Shown here one piece after another: positions 32,381 through 41,916 of a DNA stretch of 64,000 bases. Numbering within the stretch: the first letter of the stretch is position 1; each line of letters opens with the position of its first letter. The translations under genes and the position numbers were made by a program. Source of the stretch: Gammaproteobacteria bacterium (GTDB lineage Bacteria > Pseudomonadota > Gammaproteobacteria > SZUA-152); the NCBI GenBank assembly GCA_013152545.1, contig JAADGF010000020.1, forward strand, positions 302 to 64,301, written 5' to 3'. The notes beneath the pieces are model-generated. The model was not told where the DNA came from, made no database searches, and saw only the letters and a program-made list of their open reading frames with translations.

Positions 32381-32707
32381 TTAAATTTCGTCTATTTTGG
32401 CTTCAGAGCGCGTTCTGATTCGGTAGATTTTTTCCACCGGCATCACCGCGACGATACCATCACCTTCCAGTCCCACATGAGCTGTATCCATGATGGCCTG
32501 AGCAATTGCATCGACCTTAGTTTCATTCGTGAATATCTCGATCCGGGCATGGCTGACCATCCAATCTTTAGAATAAAAATCCGCATATTCCCCATACCCC
32601 TTAACCTTGGTGACGTTAATACCACGTATTCCTAATTGTTGTAGCTTTTGCTCTACTTTTTCCAACACACTGCGTCGAATAATGGCCGTTATTTTTCGGT
32701 AGTTCAT
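32381..32707 (-). CDS. P-II (GlnB-like) family signal-transduction protein
   Basis: 109 aa beginning MNYRKITAII with a GAGGTGAAG RBS. Ferredoxin-like PII fold motifs and a T-loop-like region GYGEY. Confidence 0.6.
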   Translation of the reverse strand: MNYRKITAIIRRSVLEKVEQKLQQLGIRGINVTKVKGYGEYADFYSKDWMVSHARIEIFTNETKVDAIAQAIMDTAHVGLEGDGIVAVMPVEKIYRIRTRSEAKIDEI

Positions 32708-32720
32708 CTCTTCACCTCTG

Positions 32721-33221
32721 TCAAATTCCAGGCGGTGGCCGGTTGCAGCAAGCTGCGGCCGGTGCCGCCAAATTATCGAGCTCAATCTCTTCGTTACCAT
32801 GTACCCAACCACGGCGTAAACGCTCCAGCCAACCGCCGCCAAGCTGTACACCAACCTCAACCAACGCGTTTTCGATCTGACTCTCTGTTACCTGTAACAA
32901 GTCATAGGTAATGTGTGTTTTGTCAACTTCGACCACCACCTGCTTGACGCCCATCATCGCCATTAAATAAGGAATGAGCAGAGCCGCAACCTCACTATCC
33001 ACCGGTTCAGCCAGACGCATGGTTCGTCTTTTAATAATTTCGTTACGCTTTGTTCCAACCTTGACACTATACAGGCTCGGGTGAGCAACAAACGTTTCCC
33101 GACACTGTTCAGAGCAAAAACGGAAAAGCATTTTATGGTGCTCCATGACGGGTACGTCAGGCACCGTTACCATGCCACACACGGGGCAGATGTCACTCAG
33201 CAACGTCATCGCACTCTTCAT
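32721..33221 (-). CDS. YHS-domain protein with a Cys-less HMA-like C-terminal domain
   Basis: ICPVCGMV...FRFCSEQCRETF is a YHS domain. The C-terminus has a ferredoxin-like pattern without CxxC. A shorter internal start is possible. Confidence 0.5.
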   Translation of the reverse strand: MKSAMTLLSDICPVCGMVTVPDVPVMEHHKMLFRFCSEQCRETFVAHPSLYSVKVGTKRNEIIKRRTMRLAEPVDSEVAALLIPYLMAMMGVKQVVVEVDKTHITYDLLQVTESQIENALVEVGVQLGGGWLERLRRGWVHGNEEIELDNLAAPAAACCNRPPPGI

Positions 33222-33793
33222 TTGTGTCTCTCCGTAGTAGTGAATTGTGGTGCAACTGAGCAAAACCCCTGCGGTTCAACACCCAAAGCAGCGTTGAATT
33301 TGCTCGACATATTTTGAAAACCAATTAATCCAGTAAGCTCGATAATCGCATCATCGTCAAAGTAACGGCGTAGCGCCATAAAATTCGCCTCGGTGGCCCG
33401 CTGGTCGCTGTAAGTCACCACCTCAGCGTAATGAAGTGCCGTCTTTTCTTTGTCGCTATAAAGATCACTGTCAGAAAATGTTGCCAGGCAGATAAGTTTC
33501 TCTTCACTAATGCCGCGCTTTAATGCCGTGGCGGCATTGATATCAATACAGAAAGGACAGCCGTTAATTTGTGAAACCCGCACGGTCACCAGGGTTCTTA
33601 AAGCAGGCTCCAACGGCGAGGAAGCGCGATCAAACGCACCATAGAGCGATGCCAGCGTGGCAAACACCTTGGGAGAACGCCCCCATAAGCGCGCCGGTTC
33701 CAGCACCGCGCCATACTTACGTTTCTGATTCCAGAAAAACAGCTTTACATACCAGGGATATCGTTGTTCTTTGGACGTAGCGATAATTGACAT
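33218..33793 (-). CDS. carboxymuconolactone decarboxylase (AhpD-like) family protein
   Basis: CMD-family CxxC motif in INGCPFCIDINA. Confidence 0.7.
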   Translation of the reverse strand: MSIIATSKEQRYPWYVKLFFWNQKRKYGAVLEPARLWGRSPKVFATLASLYGAFDRASSPLEPALRTLVTVRVSQINGCPFCIDINAATALKRGISEEKLICLATFSDSDLYSDKEKTALHYAEVVTYSDQRATEANFMALRRYFDDDAIIELTGLIGFQNMSSKFNAALGVEPQGFCSVAPQFTTTERHK

Positions 33794-33850
33794 GGCTTCC
33801 TCTTTACATTATTTCTATCACGTAATAACCAATAAATTTAGTGCAGATTA

Positions 33851-34723
33851 TCAAAACCAAAAACGCACTCCCGCCATCACCCAGGTTTCACGCGTTGACT
33901 CATCAGCAGCACGAACATAGTCAGCCGTATCACCGAATCTGCCCTGCCACTCAACACCAATATAAGGGGCGAACTCACGGCGGATTTCGTAACGCAACCG
34001 TAAACCAGCTGTCATGTCGGAAAAACCGGAACCCAGCGCTCGCGCAGGATCATCCTTACCGTAAACATTAACCTCAACCCGGGGCTGAAGAATCAATTTC
34101 TGGGTGAATAACAGCTCATACTCCGCCTCGACGCCTAACGCGCTGCGGCCGCTCTCACCCAGGTAGGCGGTAATGTCTAATTCAAACCAATAAGGCGCTA
34201 AACCCTGAAAACCAAAAGCAACCCAATGTCGATCAGGCCTTGCATCACGGCTGTCATAACGCAGCCCCAGTTGCGTATTCCAAAATGTCGCCACCGCATG
34301 ACTCCACAACAACTCGGTATCGGCCTCTTCCAGCTTGCCGCCATTAAGCTCCCCTTCCGCCTTCAACACCACACGATCATAGTCACGACCGTACCAGGCT
34401 TGAAGACCATAAACTGTGCTAGTGTTATCATCGTTGTGCACAACCTCAAAACGATCAACGAGCAGTGAAGCGAAGCTGTACTCATCAGCCAAACGTAGCC
34501 GCGGTATTGAGCTAACGTCGTAACCGCCAGAGTAAGCGTGTGGATCACGGGCATCTGCTGGAGCCGACCCTCCTTGCATGGCACCTCGCATCACCATACC
34601 GTCACCACCATGACTCATGGTGTGACCCGTATCAGCTTGCGCCCGAGCGGGGAACGTGCCAACCGACAGTAAGGTACTCATCATTAACATAGCCAGCAGC
34701 GTATTCATATTGATTATTGTCAT
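33851..34723 (-). CDS. pcoB: copper resistance protein B (outer-membrane CopB/PcoB)
   Basis: Signal peptide, an N-terminal Met/His-rich segment, and a beta-barrel ending in ...VRFWF. Confidence 0.8.
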   Translation of the reverse strand: MTIINMNTLLAMLMMSTLLSVGTFPARAQADTGHTMSHGGDGMVMRGAMQGGSAPADARDPHAYSGGYDVSSIPRLRLADEYSFASLLVDRFEVVHNDDNTSTVYGLQAWYGRDYDRVVLKAEGELNGGKLEEADTELLWSHAVATFWNTQLGLRYDSRDARPDRHWVAFGFQGLAPYWFELDITAYLGESGRSALGVEAEYELLFTQKLILQPRVEVNVYGKDDPARALGSGFSDMTAGLRLRYEIRREFAPYIGVEWQGRFGDTADYVRAADESTRETWVMAGVRFWF

Positions 34724-34857
34724 CCTTTCACCATCACGTATGTCACTACTTATGCCACCACGACTTCACGGAACATACCGGCATCCATGTGATAAAGCAG
34801 ATGGCAGTGCCACGCCCAGCGTCCTAACGCATCAGCATGCACCAAAAAGCTGATGCG

Positions 34858-36483
34858 TTACGCCGGTTGTACGCTAATCGTGTGCCTACGCGTCAGAAAA
34901 TGGCCATCCTGACTCTCCAATTCACTCCACATGCCGTGCAGATGCATTGGGTGAGTCATCATGGTGTCGTTGTGTAAAATCACCCGCAAGCGTTCGCCAT
35001 GACGAAAATGAATGGGCGTGGATTTGCCAAACTCCAGGCCATCAAAAGACCAAGTGTAGCGTTCCATGTTACCGGTCAAATGCAGTTCGATATCTCGCCC
35101 GGCACCACGAGAATCAAGGGGACCACCCACGGTATGCAAATCTGCATACGTCAATACCCGGCGGCCATTGTTACGCAAGCCAATGCCTGGGTCATCGAGA
35201 CTGGTGCGCGGTCTATCAACACGCATATCAACGCTGGGACCATACTCGGTTTTAGCGTGACGCACAGCAGCGTTCATAACACGGCTGCCATGCTGCATAC
35301 CGGGATTGGTGCCATCCTCGGTCATGGCACCCATCATATCTGCCATCGTTAAGCGCTGCGGCACATCCATTTCCGGTACTGCTGCCGCTAACCCAGCACG
35401 GATCGATAACGTACCGCGAGTGTAGCCAGTGCGATCCATGGATTGAGCGAAGATGGTGTAGGTATCGTCTTTCGGTGCAATCAGAACATCGTAGGTCTCA
35501 CCAGGACCGAAGCGAAACTCATCCACCGTCACTGGCTCAACGTTTTGACCGTCAACCTGTACTACGGTCATCTTCAGCCCGGGGATACGTACATCGAAAA
35601 AGCTCTGGGTACCAGAACTGACAAAGCGCAGTCTGACCCGTTCACCGCGACTGAATAGAGCCGTCCAATTAGCAGTTGGGGTGGCACCGTTCATGAGAAA
35701 GGTATAGGTGTAACCGGAGATGTCAGCAAGATCGGTCGGGCTCATCCGCATCCGGTTCCACATCCGCCGTTTACTGAGGGCAGCACTAAAACCACGATCA
35801 GCTGCATCGCGAAAAAAATCAAAGACAGTCGGCTGGTTAAAATTATAGTAATCACTTTGTTTTTTCAGTTTAGCGAAAACCGTCATCGGGTCGTCATCCG
35901 TCCAATCAGACAGTTGCACGATGTAATCACGGTCAGCACGGATTATTTCGCCGCCTGCTGGATCAACAATAATAGCGCCATACATCCCGGTCTGTTCTTG
36001 GAATCCAGAATGGGAGTGATACCAATAAGTACCACTCTGCTGCACCTTGAAACGATAGGTAAAAGTCTCACCCGGGACAATGCCAGAAAAACTGACGCCC
36101 GGCACACCGTCCATCTGGTAAGGCAAAATAATGCCGTGCCAGTGAATCGAGGTGGAAACATTGAGTCGATTAGTGACGCGAATCGTCACCGTATCACCCT
36201 CGCGCCAACGCAACGTAGGGGCAGGGATCGAGCCATTAATGGAGGTCGCTAACCGGGGCGCACCAGTGAAATTAACAATCGTCTCGGCAATACTAAGATC
36301 AAACACCGTGCCCGTGAGCACGGGGGCTAATCCAGTGACAGTTTCTGAAAATGGTGTTGCTGCCACTGGTTTAAGCAACGAAGGAGCAAAACCGAGCAAC
36401 AAACCACCGCAAGCCAAGCCTTGAACAAAGCGACGACGGGGTAAGCTAGGGAGTACCTGGGAATCTGGAGTCATATACTTCAT
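34858..36483 (-). CDS. pcoA: multicopper oxidase CopA/PcoA (Tat-exported)
   Basis: Twin-arginine motif PRRRFVQG. Copper ligand motifs HWHG, WYHSHS, HPMHLHGM. AAAGGA RBS before the ATG of MKYMTPD. Confidence 0.85.
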   Translation of the reverse strand: MKYMTPDSQVLPSLPRRRFVQGLACGGLLLGFAPSLLKPVAATPFSETVTGLAPVLTGTVFDLSIAETIVNFTGAPRLATSINGSIPAPTLRWREGDTVTIRVTNRLNVSTSIHWHGIILPYQMDGVPGVSFSGIVPGETFTYRFKVQQSGTYWYHSHSGFQEQTGMYGAIIVDPAGGEIIRADRDYIVQLSDWTDDDPMTVFAKLKKQSDYYNFNQPTVFDFFRDAADRGFSAALSKRRMWNRMRMSPTDLADISGYTYTFLMNGATPTANWTALFSRGERVRLRFVSSGTQSFFDVRIPGLKMTVVQVDGQNVEPVTVDEFRFGPGETYDVLIAPKDDTYTIFAQSMDRTGYTRGTLSIRAGLAAAVPEMDVPQRLTMADMMGAMTEDGTNPGMQHGSRVMNAAVRHAKTEYGPSVDMRVDRPRTSLDDPGIGLRNNGRRVLTYADLHTVGGPLDSRGAGRDIELHLTGNMERYTWSFDGLEFGKSTPIHFRHGERLRVILHNDTMMTHPMHLHGMWSELESQDGHFLTRRHTISVQPA

Positions 36484-36567
36484 CTGTTTCATCCTTTGAT
36501 TAAAACGTGATTTGGATCGAACGCAATCATCCATATACGCTGGAATTCCTGTCCACTCTCATTCACG

Positions 36568-37125
36568 TTAGCGGCCGGGATAATAGACCCCGCCTTTGTG
36601 TTTCTTGCCATCGGCAGTCTTAAACAAGATCATCAACTGATGCTTGCCGTTGTGGCCCAGATCATAACCCGCCATTAGCCAGTCGCCCATCTGCTTGGCT
36701 TTTTTAGTTTCAGAGCTGCCGTTGGGGTGTTTCACTTTGGTATTCATGACAACATCAGTGAGCACTTTACCGTCTTTTTCAATTTTGACCATAAAATCAT
36801 GACTACCCCCCATCTCTTTGCCAGGTTTGGCTTTCATTACATGAAAACTCACCTCATAACCATCAATCTCTTTTTTAATCAGAAACATTTTATTCATTGC
36901 TGAACCATGGTGATCATGCCCCTTATGATCACCATGGCCGTGCTCAGAACCATGCTCATGTTTCATGCCTGATTCATTATCAGCATGGTCGTGGCTATGT
37001 TTATGACCTTCAGCGGCGTACAGCGGCCCGGTGCTCGCTAACAAGGCGGAAAAAGCAATGATAGCTAAAGGCTGTTTGGCTTTTTTAATGTTTTTTTGCG
37101 TGTTTGTTTGCATTTTAGTTTGCAT
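36568..37125 (-). CDS. His-rich periplasmic protein, putative metal-binding or chaperone
   Basis: GGAG RBS 6 nt before the ATG (MQTKMQT...). Signal peptide. HKHSHDHADNESGMKHEHGSEHGHGDHKGHDHHG. Confidence 0.5.
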   Translation of the reverse strand: MQTKMQTNTQKNIKKAKQPLAIIAFSALLASTGPLYAAEGHKHSHDHADNESGMKHEHGSEHGHGDHKGHDHHGSAMNKMFLIKKEIDGYEVSFHVMKAKPGKEMGGSHDFMVKIEKDGKVLTDVVMNTKVKHPNGSSETKKAKQMGDWLMAGYDLGHNGKHQLMILFKTADGKKHKGGVYYPGR

Positions 37126-37225
37126 CGTTGACTCCATTATTATCACTGCATTATCACTATAGGTTACTGAAATTAATCACTCGAGACTGGCGTGAAAAAC
37201 GAACTTCAGTATGGTTGTCACATAA

Positions 37226-40200
37226 TCACTGAGTTTGGCTCTCCAACTCAGCCTGCGACTGTTTAAACTTTTCCTGCACTTGCAATATCACGCCATAAAT
37301 CACCGGCAACACTAGCAAGCAGAGTATTGTAACGGTCACCATACCACCGACCATCGGTGCAGCAATGCGCTGCATCACTTCGGAACCGGTGCCGCTGCCC
37401 CACATAATAGGCAACAATCCAGCGATAATGGCAGTGGCTGTCATGGCAATAGGGCGAACACGCTCAGAAGTGCCGTGATGCACAGCGGCCATGATTTCAG
37501 CCGCCTCTAAGCGCGCCCCCTTAGCATGGCGGCGCCTAGCGATTTCCTGATCAATAAAGGTCAGCACCAACACCCCAATTTCCGCTGCCACGCCAGCCAG
37601 AGCAATAAAACCCACCACTACTGCAACAGAGATATTGAAACCCAACAGATAGATCAGCCAAAAACCACCGATCAATCCAAACGGGATGGAGAGCATTACC
37701 ACTAACGGCGCGCTGATGTTGCGAAAATTGAAATAAAGCAGCAGAAAAATCACCAACAAAGTAGCAGGTACGACAATACGTAATCGTTGAGCTGCTCGTT
37801 CCATGTATTCAAACTGGCCAGACCAGACGAGGTTATAGCCAGGCGGGATCTTGACCTGACTGGCAACCACTTCTTTAGCTTCGGCCACATAACCACCAAT
37901 GTCTGAGGTCTTGATATCGACATAGACCCAGGCATTGGGGCGGGAGTTTTCGCTTTTAATGCCAGGTGGGCCGCGACGTAACTGTAATTTCGCCACCAAC
38001 GATAGCGGTATTTGCGCACCCGTCGGCGTGGGAATCAACACCCGTTTAAGGCTATCAAGGTTGTCACGCAATTCGCGGGGATAACGCAGGTTAACAGGGT
38101 AGCGCTCCAAGCCTTCGACGGTGTGAGTGACGTTCATGCCTCCGATAGCCGTTTGAATCACATCCTGCACATCACCCGTAGTCAGACCGTAACGAGATGC
38201 CTCGGCACGATCGATATCGAAATCCAGGTAATAACCACCAGCCGCCTTGTCTGCAAACGCGGAGAGCGTATCGGGCAGTTGTTTCAAGGCTTGCTCGATA
38301 TCATTGCCAACCTGCTCAAGTACCTTCAAATCCGGGCCACTCACTTTGATGCCGATGGGCGTTTTAATACCAGTCGAGAGCATGTCGATACGAGTCTTGA
38401 TTGGCATGGTCCAAGCATTTGCCAGACCAGGAAATTTAATCGCGGCATCCATCTCGTCCATCAGAGCTTTCACGGTTTTACTGGGATCAGGCCATTCGTC
38501 TTTAGGTTTAAGCCGAATCGTGGTTTCCAACATCGCTAGCGGTGCCGGATCGGTAGCTGTTTCGGCCCGTCCCACCTTGCCAAACACATGCAGCACCTCA
38601 GGAAACGTTTTAATGATCTTATCCGTCTGTTGCAATAGCTCTTTGGCTTTAGTCACGGAGACACCAGGATAAGTAGTAGGCATATAAAGGATGTCACCTT
38701 CATTCAACGGCGGCATAAACTCGCTGCCCAGTTTTTGGAGTGGATAAAACGTTGCCGCTAGCAACATCAGTGATAGCCCTAACGTTAACCAACGCCAGCG
38801 AATGGCTAGATTCAAGGTTGGCATATGAATGAAATGCAGAAAACGATTCACCGGATTTTTCGCTTCTGGTGGGATTTTGCCACGAATAAAATACCCCATT
38901 AATACTGGCACCAACGTAATCGCCAGAATCGCCGCTGCGGCCATGGCATAGGTTTTGGTAAATGCGAGTGGCGCGAAGAGCCGCCCCTCCTGAGCCTGTA
39001 AGGTAAAGACCGGCAAGAAAGAGACAGTGATAATCAACAATGAAAAAAATAGCGCTGGACCCACTTCACGAGAGGCCTCGGTAACGGCCTGCCAGCGTTC
39101 GGGGGAGGTGAGTTCACGACCTTTCGCTTTCACCATCTGTTCCAGGTGTTTATGGCCGTTTTCGATCATCACTATCGCACCATCCACCATCGCACCAATA
39201 GCAATCGCGATACCTCCCAATGACATGATGTTAGCGTTAATGCCCTGCCATTTCATCATGGTAAAAGCAAGCAGAATGCCAATGGGCAGTGAGACAATTG
39301 CCACCAATGCAGAACGGGCATGAAGCAAAAACAGGATACAGATAATGCTGACAACAATAATCTCTTCGATTAATTTCTCTTCAAGATTATTCACCGCACG
39401 CGTAATAAGATCACCGCGATCATAAACCGGCACAATCTCCACGCCTTCAGGCAAACCAGGTTTTAGCTCTTCCAGTTTGGCACGCACTCGTTCAATCACC
39501 GCCATAGCATTTTCACCATAACGCATAATCACTACGCCACCCACCACTTCACCTTCGCCGTCCAACTCCGCCACACCTCGGCGCAATTCTGGCCCCAAAT
39601 GAACATGTGCCACATCCTGCAAACGAATCGGCGTGCCGTTGTCATCAACACCAACCGGTATCACATTCAGGTCGTCAATCGACTGAATGTAACCCAAACC
39701 ACGCACCATATACTCCGTCTCAGCCATCTCCACCAACTTACCGCCCACATCATTGTTGGAACGCTGGATAGCATGCTTGATTTTTGATAGCGGAATGTTG
39801 TAAGCCAATAACGCGTTGGGATCAACTTCCACCTGATATTGTTTGACATAACCGCCGACTGACGCCACTTCAGAGATCCCTTCAACAGTCTGCAAAGGGT
39901 AACGCAGATACCAATCCTGAATAGCGCGTAACTCGGCCAAGTCGGTATTACCTGTTCTATCCACCAAAGCGTATTCATAGACCCAACCGACTCCGGTAGC
40001 ATCCGGTCCTAGTGAGGGCGTGAGCCCGTCCGGCAGGCGGCCACTGACATAATTGAGATACTCTAATACTCGCGAACGCGCCCAGTACATATCAGTACCG
40101 TCATCAAAAATAATGTAAACAAAAGAAAAGCCAAAGAAGGAGTAACCGCGCACGACTTTGGCATTGGGCACGGCCAGCATGGCGGTCGTCAATGGATAGG

Positions 40201-40396
40201 TAACCTGATCCTCAACCACTTGAGGCGCCTGGCCAGGATATTCGGTGAAGACGATGACCTGAACATCCGATAGATCAGGAATTGCATCCAACGGCGTATT
40301 CTTCATCGACCACAGCCCTGCTGCCACGATAATCACGGTAGCGATGATAATCAGGAAGCGGTTGCGCAGAGATGCATCAATGATGCTGGTGATCAT
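37226..40396 (-). CDS. cusA: CusA/CzcA heavy-metal efflux RND permease
   Basis: 1056 aa with HME-RND architecture, immediately downstream of the cusB-like gene. Confidence 0.85.
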   Translation of the reverse strand: MITSIIDASLRNRFLIIIATVIIVAAGLWSMKNTPLDAIPDLSDVQVIVFTEYPGQAPQVVEDQVTYPLTTAMLAVPNAKVVRGYSFFGFSFVYIIFDDGTDMYWARSRVLEYLNYVSGRLPDGLTPSLGPDATGVGWVYEYALVDRTGNTDLAELRAIQDWYLRYPLQTVEGISEVASVGGYVKQYQVEVDPNALLAYNIPLSKIKHAIQRSNNDVGGKLVEMAETEYMVRGLGYIQSIDDLNVIPVGVDDNGTPIRLQDVAHVHLGPELRRGVAELDGEGEVVGGVVIMRYGENAMAVIERVRAKLEELKPGLPEGVEIVPVYDRGDLITRAVNNLEEKLIEEIIVVSIICILFLLHARSALVAIVSLPIGILLAFTMMKWQGINANIMSLGGIAIAIGAMVDGAIVMIENGHKHLEQMVKAKGRELTSPERWQAVTEASREVGPALFFSLLIITVSFLPVFTLQAQEGRLFAPLAFTKTYAMAAAAILAITLVPVLMGYFIRGKIPPEAKNPVNRFLHFIHMPTLNLAIRWRWLTLGLSLMLLAATFYPLQKLGSEFMPPLNEGDILYMPTTYPGVSVTKAKELLQQTDKIIKTFPEVLHVFGKVGRAETATDPAPLAMLETTIRLKPKDEWPDPSKTVKALMDEMDAAIKFPGLANAWTMPIKTRIDMLSTGIKTPIGIKVSGPDLKVLEQVGNDIEQALKQLPDTLSAFADKAAGGYYLDFDIDRAEASRYGLTTGDVQDVIQTAIGGMNVTHTVEGLERYPVNLRYPRELRDNLDSLKRVLIPTPTGAQIPLSLVAKLQLRRGPPGIKSENSRPNAWVYVDIKTSDIGGYVAEAKEVVASQVKIPPGYNLVWSGQFEYMERAAQRLRIVVPATLLVIFLLLYFNFRNISAPLVVMLSIPFGLIGGFWLIYLLGFNISVAVVVGFIALAGVAAEIGVLVLTFIDQEIARRRHAKGARLEAAEIMAAVHHGTSERVRPIAMTATAIIAGLLPIMWGSGTGSEVMQRIAAPMVGGMVTVTILCLLVLPVIYGVILQVQEKFKQSQAELESQTQ

Positions 40397-41916
40397 CGTT
40401 TAACTCCATCATTTCCAGTGTCCATTTCTATATCAGACATATCCATATCGCGCATATCCATATCAGCGCTACCATCCCCTGTCTTCTGCGCCCCTACCGT
40501 CGTGCTTACCGCATCGCTACGACCTCCCTGTAGGACATCCATCATCTTCGCCGTGGCTTCACGCAGTTTGGATTCGGAATCGATCAAAAACTGACTGGAG
40601 GTGACAACTTGTTCCCCAGCCTCAACACCTGATAAAATTTGCGTCAGCCCCTTTGCACTGACGCCCAAGGTCACTTCACGCGGTTCAAATTTGCCCGGTG
40701 CTCGCACCACAAATACCTGCTCTCGACTACCGGAACGCACAATTGCTTCACTGGGCACCACTACCGCACTGGGCTGAGGATCGACATACAGCGTAACGTT
40801 GGCAAACATGCCCGGTTTAAGTGACAAGTCGGCATTATCAAACTCCAACCGCACCTGTACCGTACGGCTCTTGCGATTCATAATCGGATGAATAAAGCTG
40901 ATTTCTCCCTCGTAAGTTCGGCCCGGCTCAGCCCGCACCCGCATTTCGGCACGATTCCCCAGCGCTAGCCAACTCAACTCGTCTTCAAACACATCGACAT
41001 TGACCCAGATACGGCTCAGATCAGCAATAAGATAGAGCTCATCTTTGGGGGTAACATACTGTCCCTCACGAACACCAATATGCATCACCCTACCCTCGAA
41101 AGGCGAATGAATGTGCAATTGTTTTTTGATTTTACGACTCTGCTCCAGTTCTTTGATTTGATGACTTGGCACATCAAATAACTGCAAACGCTCGCGAGCG
41201 CTTTGCAAAATAGTCTTAGCACTTTTTTTCATTTGCGAAGCAGCTCTGTTACGCACAGCCTCCCAGTTATTAAGCGCCACCAGATACTCTTGCTGTGCAG
41301 CGACCAATTCGGGAGAATAGATACCGAGTAAAATAGTGTCTTTACTGACTTGCTTGCCGGTTTCATTAACCCTGAGCTTCCCAATCCATCCTGATGTCTT
41401 AGGATGCAAGCGGGTTAAACGCTCCTCGTTGAAGTCAACCCGCCCCAAACCATTCAGTGCCCGTGACAGATCGTGGGTTTTAGCCAACGCCGTGCGTACC
41501 CCAATATTTTGCACGGTGACCGGATCAATGCTGACGGTACCTACGGGTTCATCACCTCCACCGCCATCGGCATAGACGGGAATATAGTCCATCCCCATCT
41601 CATCCTGCATAAACACGGGAGAAGTAATGGCTGGATTCATGGGATTGCGGTAGAAGAGCACCTGTTTTTCTTTCGATTTCTCATCATCCGCATAGACCGC
41701 AATATAATCCATGCCCATGTCATCCTGCATAAATACTGGTGAGGTAATAGCAGGATTCATGGGGTTACGGTAAAATAGCACTTTGCGTTCAGCTGTTTGG
41801 CCATGTATCCCGGCTGTCTGCTGTGCTGGCACTTTTGAGTTGGATAACCAGTAGCCAGCACCGAAACCGATGCCCATTGCAACAATCACTGCCACACTGA
41901 TTAGCACCTTATTCAT
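40393..41916 (-). CDS. cusB: CusB-like periplasmic adaptor with two tandem Cys-free, Met-rich N-terminal modules
   Basis: GAGGAG RBS. The start overlaps the cusC stop. A duplicated module of about 45 aa (FYRNPMNPAITSPVFMQDxMGMDYI) precedes the MFP core. Confidence 0.8.
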   Translation of the reverse strand: MNKVLISVAVIVAMGIGFGAGYWLSNSKVPAQQTAGIHGQTAERKVLFYRNPMNPAITSPVFMQDDMGMDYIAVYADDEKSKEKQVLFYRNPMNPAITSPVFMQDEMGMDYIPVYADGGGGDEPVGTVSIDPVTVQNIGVRTALAKTHDLSRALNGLGRVDFNEERLTRLHPKTSGWIGKLRVNETGKQVSKDTILLGIYSPELVAAQQEYLVALNNWEAVRNRAASQMKKSAKTILQSARERLQLFDVPSHQIKELEQSRKIKKQLHIHSPFEGRVMHIGVREGQYVTPKDELYLIADLSRIWVNVDVFEDELSWLALGNRAEMRVRAEPGRTYEGEISFIHPIMNRKSRTVQVRLEFDNADLSLKPGMFANVTLYVDPQPSAVVVPSEAIVRSGSREQVFVVRAPGKFEPREVTLGVSAKGLTQILSGVEAGEQVVTSSQFLIDSESKLREATAKMMDVLQGGRSDAVSTTVGAQKTGDGSADMDMRDMDMSDIEMDTGNDGVKR

